Shown: positions 63,982 to 64,000 of the stretch, piece after piece
How the letters are laid out: each line of letters begins with the position of its first letter
Numbering within the stretch: position 1 is the first letter of the stretch
Source of the DNA: a virus
Reading direction: 5' to 3' (one strand)
DNA: 64,000 bases
IMG/VR virus record: IMGVR_UViG_3300012209_000005
Span: 1 to 64,000 of that record
Translations under genes and position numbers: made by a program
The notes under the pieces: generated by a model
Database searches by the model: none
The model's input: the letters and a program-made list of their open reading frames with translations, nothing else
What the model was told of the DNA's origin: nothing

Positions 63982-64000
63982 GCCCGAAGCGCAGCTTCAG

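Overview
GC-rich fragment of a tailed (siphovirus-like) actinobacteriophage genome. The host phylum is inferred from WhiB, HrdB-type promoters and a GH25 lysin; no integrase or host genes are visible. About 1-13.5 kb (mostly - strand) is DNA metabolism: AAA helicase, RusA-like resolvase, vWA protein, intein-containing class II RNR, MazG-like protein, PD-(D/E)XK nuclease, ERF, ParB-like protein and WhiB. About 13.6-18.1 kb (+) is a secreted/membrane cell-wall module (lectin-like, SLT, NlpC/P60). About 18.4-35.5 kb (+) is a very large RNA island. By hand I count 43 tRNA genes covering all 20 amino acids. It also holds a tmRNA reduced to its tRNA-like domain, two Y-RNA-like elements, a large ornate ncRNA candidate, tRNA-associated HNH endonucleases, Pth2, a GGQ release-factor domain protein and a SpoU methyltransferase. 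About 36.7-64 kb (-) holds the lysis cassette, minor tails, tape measure, a tail chaperone with a -1 frameshift, major tail, head-tail genes and virion-linked glycosylation genes. The strongest candidate for an undescribed system is a phage tag-free ribosome-rescue/RNA-surveillance kit (mini-tmRNA + Pth2 + GGQ factor + Y-like RNAs) embedded in the tRNA array. All RNA folds were assigned by eye and need covariance-model confirmation.
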